A stretch of 64,000 bases of DNA from positions 168,702,001 through 168,766,000 of the forward strand of contig NC_135881.1 of the NCBI RefSeq assembly GCF_964194155.1, given 5' to 3'. Origin of the DNA: Cetorhinus maximus (Eukaryota). Both the position numbers and the translations under genes were made by a program. Position 1 is the stretch's first letter. Every line of letters starts with the position of its first letter. Shown piece after piece: positions 35,969 to 48,998 of this stretch. The notes under the pieces were generated by a model that did no database searches, was not told where the DNA came from, and saw only the letters and a list, made by a program, of their open reading frames with translations.

Positions 35969-38520
35969 CTGTATATACTGGTGTAAAAAACAGAATTTTT
36001 CATATACCTTGTGTAAAAGTGGACCCTAATTTTCAGAGTCTGGAAATATGGAAGAAAAATCGATGAACTTTGACATGGCAGCAAAAAAAACTGCTACCAA
36101 GATTGGTGAAGAAACCGTCCCTGTAACGATGACTAGCCACGAGATTACATGATCCACATTGCGTCTACTTTGTACGCCGCTTGGCAGAAAATTAAAGCCA
36201 CTGGTGATATTCAAACGCAAAACTCTCTCCATAGTGAAATTTCAGAAAGGCGTTGTTGTCCATGACCATGAGAAAGACTGGGACGGTTGAAAGAAAGGAA
36301 GTGTGGAATTTGAGATTATTAATTACTTACCGGTAATTACCATGGCTCATTAAAAGTACGTGCGGGAATCTTTAGATTTTCCCTCCACCAATTCTAGCTG
36401 CAATCTCCCAACCAATCGACAAGGCTAATGGGTGCCACATCATCTCTCATGATGCCTTCGAGAAGGAATAACAAATACATAGCTCAATTTAAAATGAAAA
36501 TTGTAGCATTTGCCAAGAAGACTAATTTCCCTTAATGCTGAAGAATCATGCTTCTGAGAAAATAGTTAAAGACTGGAAAAAGGTATCTAATTCACTAGGT
36601 CTCTAATTAACTAGAAAAGATGCTGAAGAATAAATGCACCAACAGAGGAGGATCGAGCAAGTGGCCTAAGCTGGAGAAAAAAGTGGCAGAATGGGTTAAT
36701 GAACGTCATTATTATCACCAGCGGTGCAATCTGACTCTACTGCCTCAAAGAAGCGAAGAAAGATTGTATTCCAAAATTCAAGGCAAGTTCGAGATGGTGC
36801 ACAAGATTTACGAAAGGCTGCATTTATTTTTGCTGCAACAGTAGGGGGAGTACTTCCTGCACATGTGCAGAAACGGTGTCAGTAGCAGGAAGTGAGGTGC
36901 TTTTAAGTACAGCTGGTGTCTTATAACACATTTTATCACTTGCAAAATTTTTAAGTTTTGAGAAGCAAACTAAAACCTATTATTAGGGAGTAAATTAAAA
37001 CAATATCATGTCAGGATTGACTGTTCCTCAAAATATTCTGTTCATTTGTCAGTCATTATTATTAAATTTCTCATCAGAAATACATTGGGGTATTATTTTT
37101 TAAATAGGACTTTTTGCAGATGTTATCAAGAAGCCTTTGATAAGCATCAAAATGTATAGGCTTACTCCATTTTACATCATTTGCGAACGGTTACAATTTT
37201 CTACAAATGAATGTATTCTTTGGGAGCTGGGCAGTCCTGGAAAGTCCCTATTCATTCTGTATAATAAGGGCCTTTATTCACCACAGTTGTTCAGAGTCTT
37301 GAAGAAAAAATATAAATAGATAAATATTAAATCAAAAAATTATCGTCCAATGTGGGGTTCAAGACAATAACTCTGGGATTAAGTGCCTAATTACCTATCG
37401 AATGAACTGGCTGGGCTGTGCAGCGATTGGGATTTGCGTAACACTCTCCTACTGCCGACCGGAAAGTTGTGCAAGCATCGGCGGTTGCAACGTGTAGTGT
37501 GTGTGCATGCACAACTGTTTCTGACGCCTTTCTGGTTGGCGACAGGAGTCACAGTGGTCATGAAAAGGCACAATTTAGTACTCCATCAGAAAGCAAAATT
37601 TTCACAGCATCTGCCATCTAAACCCTATGATGAAATCAACAAGTTCTACCGTTTTGCCATCCGACATTGAGAGGAGAATATTTATCGATTGGCCTGCATT
37701 GGAAATATGAGTGAAACACCGATTAATTTTGACATGCCAGCAAAAAGAGAGTTGCCAAGTTTGGTGAAAAAACCGCCCTTGTAAATATGACTGGCCACAA
37801 AAATACATGATTCTTAGTGGTTCCACCTTGTCTGTCGCTTGGCACAAAATTAAAGCCTATTGTGATATTCAAACACAAAACCCTCCCCAAAGAGAAATTT
37901 TAGAAAGGCGTTGACGTCCATGATCATGAGAAAGACTGGATGGATGAATCTGGTTGCAAGAAATAGATCAAAGCATTGTGGAATTCGATACCAGCAGGAT
38001 TATGCAAAGAAAAGTGTTTGCTCAGCTGGGACATGTTCAAATCCCACCTTGTCAAATACCAGCAGGATTATGCAAAGAAAAGTGTTTGCTCAGCTGGGAC
38101 ATGTTCAAATCCCACCTTGTCAACGATATAGCCTGTGATGTGAGATCAACCAACGTCAACATGGCAATTATTCCTGGCAGTCTTATGAGTATTGTTCAGC
38201 CCTTGCATGTGTGTATAAACAAATCTCTCAAAGACAGTAATCACAATTGATGTTGAAAGGCAAGATAAACATTCAGTAAGGGCGGAAATATGCAAGTACC
38301 CTCCCTAGCAACATTGCGTCATTGGGTCATAGATGCGTAGAATGAACTTGATCCCAATGTTGTCAAAAGATAATTTCTAGAATGTGGAATATCGAATGCG
38401 CTTGACAGTACCAAGGAAGATTACTCATGGAATGATGATGCTGAAGTTACCAGTATTACCGATAATGATGACTATGTTGAACATGAGGAAGATCCATATG
38501 TCGATATTATGTAGGCTATT
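35969..38520 (+). mobile_element. Decayed pogo/Tc2-like (POGK-type) DDE transposon, partly duplicated and interrupted
   Basis: TA followed by ctgtatatactggtgtaa TIR-like start; KWPKLEKKVAEWV HTH; KLKPLVIFKRKTL (about 36190; second copy about 37850); LSWDMFKSH and IPGSLMSIVQPLHVCINKSLK DDE_1 motifs. Confidence 0.75.
37988..38123. repeat. Exact 68-bp tandem duplication
   Basis: ataccagcagg...cttgtcaa at 37988-38055 and 38056-38123. Confidence 0.9.
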
Positions 38521-38879
38521 GGTGCTGTATGTTTTATATTTCAGATTTATGCAGAGATAACACTAGATTCTGCGGAAGTAACAGATTTTATTTACATTGC
38601 TTTAAAATGTCTACTCCATGCTTCAGCTCTGCTTTCCAGCTCTTTCTACAGTTTACTTACTTTTCGCTAAGTCCACACCCAGGCTTAACCAATCAAGCAC
38701 AGTGAGCATCAATAGTAAACAGATTCACATAATCAAACACTGAACAATTCAATCACTACATTTTTTCCTCCTTGTAAAACGAAATACCTTATTTTAAATT
38801 AAACCATCCTAAACAACAAACATATGTACATTGATTTCTTGGAAAAAACAGACAAACTGAACTCTACGTACAGAAATAG

Positions 38880-41120
38880 TCTTTGACATATGAAGGTCTC
38901 TGATGACTACGCTGAGATGTATGAACTTGTGGGTGTGGTTCTGCATGATCAGCTTGATGAGGCAGATGATAACTTGGTTGCATGGACCTGTGAAAAACTC
39001 AACCTCAAAGTTATACCAATGAAGACAATCTGACCTCTATAGATGCATGGAGGTTGATGACCAGATCCTGATGTAACTAATGGTGTAGTCAGTGCTTGGT
39101 GATCAGTGCAGAGAGTGAACTTTCTACTGCAGATTTACATGTACAAAATTCACAGGCATAAGTGCTTCTGTTCTCTAGTAGAGCATTTGAATTCAGTTTC
39201 CAACAGCGGGAGTGATGCATAAGTGATTGGTCATTCATTTCCTTCAATGTACTGTGAGAGTACAGCCCCAATCACATTTCCAGCTGCATCTGTTGTGGAA
39301 TTTGTTTCCTCACGTGGGTTGAAATTCATGAGGATGGGCAGAGATGCTATCTTCACCTTTAATGTATCAAACACTTTTTGCTACGCAATTGGCCACTCTC
39401 ATTGTGAATCTATGTGCAGTAGCTTTCAAAGAGGCTCCATGATCTCTGCGTACTTAGGAACAAATTTGTGATAAAGGTTAGAGATACTGAGGAAGTACAT
39501 GAATGGCTTTGACTTTGTCATCAGTAGGCTTTGCGCCAGCTGCTGCTACTCTGTACCCTAGAAAGTCAATCTTGGGTGCTGTGAATATGCATTTGTCCTT
39601 GTTTAGCATCAAATTGTGCTGTGCAAGTCAAGTGAGCATTGCTGATAACTGCTGATTGTGTTCTGTTTTGCCCTTTCCATGGACTATGGTGTCCTCAAGT
39701 AGGTTGAGTCTCAATGTCTGACAAGACTGAAGAAATGATCTTCTGGAATGTGCTAGGTGCTGAACTTAGTCCATTGAGCATTCTGCTGGACTGAAACACA
39801 CTTTATTGAGTAACAGAAGCTGTAAGATACTTTTCTGGAATGATAGCTTTGTCGATCGCCTTAAGGTCGATGCATAATTTAAGTTTGCCATTTTTGCATT
39901 GTGCAATGGCTAAATTTGATATGCATGACAATGAGTCAATTCACCTGCTTCTAGTCGTTGCAGCTCCCATGACACTTCAGCGTGGATTGCAAATGGCAAC
40001 TGTCTCAAATTTTGCGAAACTGGTGGAATTGATGTGTCAACAGGAGGAGCATCACAGTACCCCTTGATCTCTCTAATCCAATAAATAAGAAAGGATACTG
40101 GCATATATAGTCTGCACTAGCAATCACATTAATGTTTGTTCCAGTGGGGTCTTCAAGTTTGAATCCAAACCTTCTAACTTTAGCTATAAAGAAAGTAAAC
40201 CTGTCTAGGGTGATGTTTTTGTAGTGGACTTGAACTGTGATCATTCCCAAAACCAGAATGAGAGAGACATTATGAGCCTGAAGAGTGTATGTCTCAGGAG
40301 TGAGGGAGAGTTGCAAAAAACTTTGATGGTACAGTTTATCACTCATCATAGATACTTTCACACCAACATCAATTAGCAGTGACACTGAGATTCCCATGAT
40401 CTCAACTGAGCACTCCTTAAAATTACTTGGTGTTTTACCTTTTGTGATGGTATATACATGTCATACCTCACTCTCAGGAAGACATTCTTTCACATGTCAA
40501 ACCCATCGAGTCTTCTCCTTCGATGATCTGCACAGCTTTGCAAAATGGTTCCACTTAAAGCATGATTTGCATTTTAACCCTTGAGCTGGACATGGCGTTG
40601 TGACTCGATGAACATGTCCACAATTTGGGCACTGTTTTGAAGGTATCTGAGTGTGATGGGTCACATGTTGATGAGATTACTGAGACCTACTTGTCTGTAA
40701 CCCATGCACTTGAGATGGTTGGACAAGCTGTGTCTGCAACCCGAAGTCTGAGGGTGTTTCGTTGTGTAACCTCTTTAAATGTAACATTGCATATTTGATT
40801 TGGACAACCAAGGTCATAGCTTTTTCCAGGGTTAAATTATCATCCTCCATAAGGAGATTTTCCCTAAATCATAGAATTGAAGTCTTTTCAATTAATTTGT
40901 CACAAATTAGTTCATTGGTTAGTGTACCAAATTTGCATCTAGAAACCAATTGCCGCAACAGTGCCACATGTGTTTGATGGGCTCACTGTTTCCCTGGCAT
41001 GTATATCGTTCAATCATCACTCTCTCACAGATCACTGCTACATCTGATTGTCCATCTTTGTAGAGAGTAAGTAGGTCCTGAACCCTGAAATCCATCGCTC
41101 CCACGACATGTGAAGATCTC
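38880..41120 (-). mobile_element. Decayed Gypsy gag-protease-RT
   Basis: Protease-like LLIDVGVKVSMM (40005-40397), RQLPFAIHAEVSWELQRLE, and RT and gag remnants. Confidence 0.7.
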
Positions 41121-41124
41121 CCAG

Positions 41125-43473
41125 CGAGCACCACCACAGACTGAGCTGGCTGGGTTCTAAAGGATATAGCTATGGGCAGTTGAGGGAACCAGCAAGAGGG
41201 AAAAACATACATGACCTCATCCTCATCATCCTGCCTGCTGCAGATGCATATGTCCATGACAGTATCAGTAGGAGTTACCACTGCACATCCCTTGTGGAGA
41301 CGAAGTCCTGTCTTCATATCGAAGATACCCTCCATCGTGTTGTGTAGCATTACCACCATGCTAAATGAGATAGATTTCAAATAGATCTAGCAACTCAAAA
41401 CTGGGCATCCATGAGGCACTGTGGGCTGTCAGCAACAGCAGAATTTTACCCGACCATAACCTGTAACCTCATGGCCCGGCAAATCCCCCACTCTACCATT
41501 ACCACCAAGCTAGAGGATCAGCCCTGGTTCAATGAAAAGTGCAGGAGGGCATGCCAGGAGCAGCACCAGGCATATCTAACAACGAGTTGTCAATCTGGTG
41601 AAGCTACAACACTGGACTACTTGTAGGCCAAGCAGTATAAGCAGCAAGTGATAGAGCTAAGCGATTCCACAACCAACAGATCAGATCTAAGCTCTGCTGT
41701 CCTGCCACATTGTCATGATGGTGGTGGACAATTAAACAACTCACTGGAGGAGGAGGCTCTACAAATATCCCAATCCTCCATGATAGGGGAGCCCAGCACT
41801 TTAGTGCAAAAGATAAGACTGAAGCACTTGCAACAATCTTTAGCCAGAAATGCCAAGTGGATGATCCATCTTGGCCTCCTTGAGAGGTTCCCAGTTTCAC
41901 AGATGCCAGTCTTCAGCCAATTCAATTCACTCGACATGATATCAAGAAACAGCTGAAGGCACTGGATACTGCAAAGACTGTGGGCCCTGACAATATTCTG
42001 GCAATAGTACTGAAGACTTGTGCTCCAGAACTTGCCGTGCCCCTAGCCAAGCTGCTCCAGTACAGCTACAACGCTGGCATCTACCCAACAATGTGGAAAA
42101 TTACCCAGATATGTCCAGGACAATTCCAACCTGGCCAATTACCGCCCCATCAGTCTACTATCGATCATCAGTAAAGTGATGGAAGGGGACATCGACAGTG
42201 CTATCAAGCAGCACTTAGCAATAACCTGCTCACTGACACCCAGTTTGGGTTCCACCAGGGCCACTCAGCTCCTGACTTCATTACAGCCTTGGTTCAAACA
42301 TGGACAAAAGAGCTAAACTCCAGAGGTGAGGTGAGAGTGATTGCCATTGACATCAAGGCTGCATTTGACCGAGTGTGGCATCTAGGAGCCCTAGCAATGG
42401 GAATCAGGGGGAAGTTCTCCGCTGGTTGGAGTCATACCTAGCACAAAGGAAGAGGGTTGTGGTTGTTGGAGGTCAGTCATCTCAGCTCCAGGACATCAGG
42501 GTAGTGTCCTAGGCCCAACCATCTTCAGCTACTTCATCAATGACCTTCCTGCCATCATAAGATCAGAAGTGGGAATGTTTGCTGATGATTGCACAATGTT
42601 TAGCACCATTCACAACTCCTCAAATACTGAAGCAGTCCTTGTCCAAATGCAGTAAGACCTGGACAACACCCAGGCTTGGGTTGACAAGTGGCAAGTAATA
42701 TTTGCACCACACAAGTGCCAGGCAATGACCACCTCCAACGAGAGAGAATTTAACCATCCCTCCTTGACATTCAATGGCATTAGTATTGCTGAATCCCCCA
42801 CTATCAACATCCTGGGGGTTACCATTGACCAGAAACTGAACTGGACTAGCCATATAAATACTGTGGCTACAAGAGCAGATCAGAAGCTAGGAATCCTGCG
42901 GCAAGTAATTCACCTCCTGACTCCCCAAACCCTGTCCACCATCCGCAAGGCACAAGTCAGGAGTGTGATGGAATATTGTCCACTTGCCTTGATGAGTGCA
43001 GCTCCAACAATACTCAAGAAGCTTGACATCATCCAGGACAAAGCCACCCGCTTGATTGGCACCCCACCCACAAACATTTACTCCCTCCACCACCGACACA
43101 CAGTAGCAGCAGTGTGTACCATCTACAAGATGCACTGCAGGAACTCACCAATGCTCCTTAGACGGCACCATCCAAACCCACGACACCACCACCTAGAAGG
43201 ACAAGGGCAGCAGATACATGGGAACACCACCACCCGGAAGTTCCCCTCCAAGCCACACACCATCCTGACTTGGAAATATAACACTGTTCCTTCAATGTTG
43301 CTGGATCAAAATCCTGGAACTCCTCCTACAGCATTGTGGCTATACCAACACCACATAGACTGCAGTGGTTCAAGAAGGCAGCTCACCACCACCTTCTCAA
43401 GGGCAATTAGGAATGGGCAATAAATGCTGGCCTGGCCAGCGAAGCCCACATAACCTTGAATGAATAAAAAAAA
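41125..43473 (+). mobile_element. LINE (CR1/L2 group) ORF2 3' 2.3 kb with complete tail
   Basis: GPDNILAIVLKTCAPELAVPLAKL, QFGF, DIKAAFDRVWH, MFADD and LGVTIDQKLNWTSHI motifs; tail tgaatgaataaaaaaaa. Confidence 0.9.
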
Positions 43474-45631
43474 TCCAATTCAAGCTTTGCATTTTAAACC
43501 TAAGCTGCATTAAAATAATTTCCTTATGTGACCTCTGATTTGTTTTTAAATCTTTAAATTTGTGCTAGAGGCACTTCAGCCATTGGAAACAGTTTTTCTT
43601 TATTCACTGTCTCTTAATAACGAATACAAATAGCTTACCTACCAAACCACAAGAGAAATCACTTCAGCCCAATGGGCTTTTCCTTTAACATGACACTGTT
43701 TAGCTCAGGTCCTTTTGCTTTAACAACTGCAGAGGTGTTACAAGGTGCTATAAAAAAATCAAATGCTTTCTTTTTCTTTATCTTTCATCCTCTACCATTA
43801 CAACAGTGAAAGAAAGCAGTAATAATGCCCTGAAGTGTGATCGTAACCTAGCTCCAACACACAAACATCTGGGTTTAACTGAGGCATGTTTGGCTGCACG
43901 CAAATGACAGTGCAGTCAATAGTGCAGACAGGTGGACGCTTCAGACACCCTTTAAGCTGAAATTAACCATCTTATATATTATAATTGGGTAGCCGGTGGA
44001 GTTAGATCACTGATGTGCAGATGCTCCATAAGAATCATAAAAATAGCCAAAGTAAGGAAACTAAACTTCAAGATTAGCCACAACCCAAGACTAGGCCAAG
44101 GAAAGGGTTGGACCCTTAAGAGGAAAAATGCTGCATCAGTCCACAGAGATTTAAATGCATCATTTTAATTGTATTTCACTGATTTGTTAAATTTTTATAG
44201 CTTTATTGTTACAAATGTTACTTTTATCGGTACATAGTCTATGTTGTCCACAAACAGTGTCTTCATTTGATTTAATTGGTTTTGTGATAGTTGTTTGTAT
44301 CTGACAAAGTTTCAAACAATTTAAAATAATTTGATCATTAAGTGATAGCATTTCCAATGAATGGAATTAGCTTTAATTTATTTGCCTAGAGTGAGATATT
44401 TGAAACAATCAGCACAATTAACTTAACAGTTGACCAATGTATTCACAACATGTTTTCTGTTATCCATTTTTACCTTGTTCGGCACCACAAATAGACCAAA
44501 GGATGAATTGCAAAGCAGTTCTGTGGCATTTTTAAGGCTTTCAGTAAATTCAGTCATTTGGCACCTACCCATCCAACTTCCTTTTCTCCAAAAACAAGAA
44601 TGGCGGACCTGGTTTGTGGCTGACTGTACTCAATGCGGCTTTAATATAATTGTACATTTTGTTTGTTGTTACCCCAGCTGCAGAGCCTTGTTCAATGAGT
44701 TTGCAAAATAGAGAATTGGGAGTGTGAATGTTCTGGATTTTCCAGTAATTAATTTTAGGGACAGAAATTTGGGAACATTTCAAATCCTGCTCAATTCTCT
44801 TTAAGCCATGATCCAGTCAGATGAGTCCCTACACCTTTTTCTATATAATTGCAATTTTTTTTCTTTTCATATGAGGCATCTTAATCACGGTGTGATTTTG
44901 CATACCATAATTGTAATGGAAATATGTAATGATATCTTTCTGTGACAATTATTCTAAACCAATTACAACATAGCTGCTTCTCAGACAGTGAAAACCCACA
45001 ATGCAGCCTTCACAGACCACTCCAATATATATAGGAAAAAAATTATCATGTTTAGTAATGTGTTAGTTAAGACTAGTAGTTGTCAATTCAGTTTACTCAA
45101 TTCACACAATGTCCGTACATCAGACTATTAATCTTGTCTTTACTGATCTCAGGGAAGAGGTGGGTTTATGGAACAAAAACTTGCCAGCCACTATAGCCAA
45201 TGGATTCAAGCTTCTCACACTTCAGAGAGCAGGCCACTTAGCCATTGTGGCTCCTTGGAGTGTGAGAATATTTTTCAGTTTATTGTTTTAGCCAGTTGCA
45301 AACACTCACAGATGGGCTGCCATTGGCCAGCTTCTGATAATAAGCTCACTTTGCACCATATGACACTGAGTGATACTGTTTTGCTAACTGAGTCAGGTAC
45401 CTTCTCCTTTAATTTGTTCTTTTTGTCATCTCTACATGACGGTTGTTGTGCTTGCCATGAGGGTTGATATGGAAGGAGGGAAGAGAGAAATCCCACAAAC
45501 CCTTTATATGAACTATTTATGTTTTGGGTGAAGAGGGAAAACAAAACCTTATTTCTAATTGCAACTGTTACCACTCTTCTTTTAAAAAAAAACGATGCTG
45601 AGGAATTCATTCCTACAATGTACTAAATCTA

Positions 45632-45800
45632 TTATTTGTATCCATCATATGGTGGCACTTCATCAGGAATTGGAAGCCCACGAACAGCAGCCAAAGTATT
45701 TTCAATCATTCTCTCCAGCATTTTATTATAGGTCTTCTCAGAGGCAGTTCCAATATGAGGAGTTAGAATAACATTTGGTAAGTGTAGCAAAGGATGACCT
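45632..45800 (-). CDS. 2-hydroxyacid dehydrogenase (GRHPR/GhrB-like), last exon (GHPLLHLPNVILTPHIGTAS...GYK)
   Basis: 169 nt, aag acceptor, TAA stop; catalytic His in TPHIG. Confidence 0.92.
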
Positions 45801-45920
45801 CTTTAAAAAAAAACAGGGTTTATCACCTAATTTCTGCTGGGTTTCTATAATTCAATTAATGTGTTCTACTTTTCAAATGGTAATTTCTGCTATGTTCAAT
45901 TAGTGAAAGTGACAACATAC

Positions 45921-46017
45921 CTTGGAAGTGGTTCTGGATCAGTAACATCCAAAGCTGCTGCACGAATGACCCCATTCTGAAGCACTTTCACCAAAGCATC
46001 CTGATCAACTACTCCAC
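45921..46017 (-). CDS. 2-hydroxyacid dehydrogenase, coding exon 4 (GVVDQDALVKVLQNGVIRAAALDVTDPEPLP)
   Basis: 97 nt, aag/gtatgt boundaries; LDVxxxEP motif. Confidence 0.93.
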
Positions 46018-46205
46018 CTTGGAAAGCAAACTCAATTAGTCTGGATTTCATATTCTACTAAAAGAGGAACATGAATTGTAAATGTACTAAAACCTCATCT
46101 GTGAGGTAGCAGTTCTATATCTTTTAACAACAATTGTGCTGCAGGAATTTATCATAAGATTTTTTTACTACAATCATTAACTCTAATTGAAATAAATGTC
46201 ATCAC

Positions 46206-46384
46206 CTCGGGAGATATTGATGAGAGTGGCGGTGGGTTTCATTAGACTAAGCTCTCTTTCCCCAATCAGTTTGCAGGTTTGAGGAGTCAGATTTACTACC
46301 AACATCACAAAGTCTGACTCCTGGAGGAGATCATCAATCTTTGCACAGTAACGGGCCCCGAACAGTTTTTCTTCTTCCTCAGTC
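46206..46384 (-). CDS. 2-hydroxyacid dehydrogenase, coding exon 3 (TEEEEKLFGARYC...MKPTATLINISRG)
   Basis: 179 nt, tag/gtgat boundaries; MKxxAxLINxxRG motif. Confidence 0.93.
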
Positions 46385-47208
46385 CTAAGGATAGATCAGG
46401 CAAGTGTTGTAATTAATACAAAGGAACTGAATTTTGAGCACCTGCTATACATCTTGGTTACTAATAGCAATAGGTCTGTGAAAAATCATTTCTTTTGTTT
46501 AATCCTTTCACTGTCCAGTTTTGTTCAATGGGGTCTTTCAAAAGGGCATTAAATTCATCTCCAAATTCAGATCATCTGTTGCTTACTGACAATAAGCCCA
46601 TCCCATTGCTAAAGTACAAAAAACATCAGGGTGCTGTAAAACTTATTTGGAACCTCAGTTAGACCACACTTGGAGTACTATGTGCAATTGTGGTTCCCAT
46701 ACTACAAAAAGGACATTGAAGCAGTGGAGAAAGTACAGAAAAGATTTACAAAATCCAGGTTGGGAGAAACGAGAGGATGCAACTGTATGGAAGGATTGAG
46801 AAGGTTGAGGCCATTTTCTGTTGAAAAGCGATGACTAAGAAGACATCTCATAGAGATCCATTTGATAGGGTGGGTATGGAGAAACGGCTTCCGCTTGTGG
46901 GAGAGTCCAGAACAATAAGATAGTCATTAATAAATCAAGAATTTTAAAAGTTTCTTTACAGTGAGAAGGTGGAACTCACTGAGATGGAGTAACTGAAGCA
47001 GATAGCAATGAGAAATTGAAGGGGTGGTTTGGTGATGTGTACATGAGAGGTAGATTTTAAGTAATTCTAAGAATTGGCACAATTTTAAATTGGGTGCAGA
47101 AACAAAGAGACCTGGGTCTATGAAAGCACATCTTTGAAGATGGCAGAAAAAATTGAGAAGGCAATTAACAAAGCTTATGGGATCCTTGGCTTTATTAATA
47201 GAGACATA

Positions 47209-48516
47209 AAGCCAGATTTTCCTATCCCAATGTATGGCCAAAGTGTGTTTGGTGGGCTTTAAAAATGGCAGGCAGGAGCCAAATCCATGGTTCCCGTCCC
47301 CATTCCTGGCACCAGCAATTTTCAATGGTGTGGGAAAAGTGGGCAGGTAAGGAGCTGCATGCTGCTATCCCAACATTGCTAGCAACATTGCGAAAGTGAG
47401 CTTTTCCAAACTTCCACAATTTTGATGCAGGTGGACTGGTTTTGCTAGGTGACGTAAATCACAGCACAGAGGTGTCGGGAACTAGGGGTGAATCATGATT
47501 GGAGGCAGGAACCATACGAAAGGTAAGTACAAAATGTGTTGCCTGCTTCAATTGTTATAATGGAAAGCTGTATCATAAGTTATATCTACTTTTACTACAG
47601 TGCTAAATTTTGAAAAGGTAAGTGACCATTAAATAATATGGTTGCCAGGTTGTCATTTCTGACAACTAGCAAGCTGTCAAGAGAAAGAAAAGCACTGTGC
47701 AAGTGAAAAAGTCTTCAGATGTGTTAGAGTGATTATACACTGGATGAAGTGCTATTTTGAATTGTACAATTTTGAAAGACTTGCTCAATTTGAAATCCAG
47801 AGCTGATTGTGTGAAATGTCCCCATTGTTTTCATTTGTTCCTTGGAGTTCACCAACTTGTTTGGCTACTTAAATACTTTGACAGATGCCTGAACTTCTGG
47901 CTGTGTTTAAAGGCTCTAATGGATTTAGCACAGGAGGGTTTATTCACACTGTTGTTCAGTGGCATGTCATTATGAACGCTTGGCTGCCTTTCAAGCCACA
48001 AATGGATTTGGTTCAGGAGAATCTGTTCACTCATCTATCCAGGGGAATGTGAACCTGTTTATCTTGATATCTAAGAGGATAATTTTTTTAAAGTGGTTCT
48101 CAAGTAATGTTTTCTTATTTTGACAGATCTATATGCTTAAAAAAGCATCCAAATATTATTATGGGGCTCCTGAGTTCTATTTATAGCGGATACAGGGTGG
48201 ATGGGTTGAGGCAGTTATGGAGAGTGCTGAGGGGGGTATGGTGGGCTGAGCGAAGGTATGGATGGGTTGAGGAGGGTGAGGGTAAGGGGGAAAGGATTGG
48301 TGGGGCCTCACACTGATCTGCAGAACTGAGCCAATGTCTCTGCAAGCAGAGGTGGGCCTTTTAACCTGACCACCTCAGCATCAGTCCGAATCCAGGCTGT
48401 CCTCATCTCTCCCAGATGAAAATTGCATTGGTCGGCACTCCCGGGTAAGAGGCATGATAGCAACCTCAGGATCTTTCTTGACTGTCAATTCCAACTCAAA
48501 CATGAAAATCTGTCTG
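47209..48516. mobile_element. Non-autonomous PIF/Harbinger-type element
   Basis: Ends gccagatttt / aaaatctgtc; 3-bp TSD ATA at 47206-47208 and 48517-48519 within CR1. Confidence 0.6.
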
Positions 48517-48998
48517 ATAGAATAGAAAAACAAGAAGGTTCTGCTAAACCTGTAGGCTTCAGCTGAGTATAATGTTCAATTCTTGGCACAACGTGTTAAG
48601 ACAGATGTCAAGGCCTTAGAGACATGGAGAAGGGCCTTACTAGAATGGTACCAGGGATGAGGGATTTTGGTTATTTGAAGAGACTGGAAAACCTGCTGTT
48701 ATCTTTAGAGCAAAGAAAGTTAAAAGGAGATTTGATAGAGGTGTTCAAAATCAAGAAAGGCTTTGATAGAGTAAATGAGAAACAGTTGTTTCCAGTGGCA
48801 TAAAGTTTGGAAACTGGAGAACACTGAATTGAGGTGATTGACTAAACAACCAGTGGCGACTTGAAGGAAACAAAATTTACACAGCGACATATTGTGATCT
48901 CAAATGCACTGCCTGAGAGAGTAGTGGAAGCAGATCCATGTTATTTTTCTAAATCTAAATGGATAAATATTTAAATGGCAAAATTACAAGATCATGGG

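Noticed and set aside
35969-38520. Domesticated POGK-like gene
   Set aside because: Many stops and frameshifts, an internal insertion and a duplication
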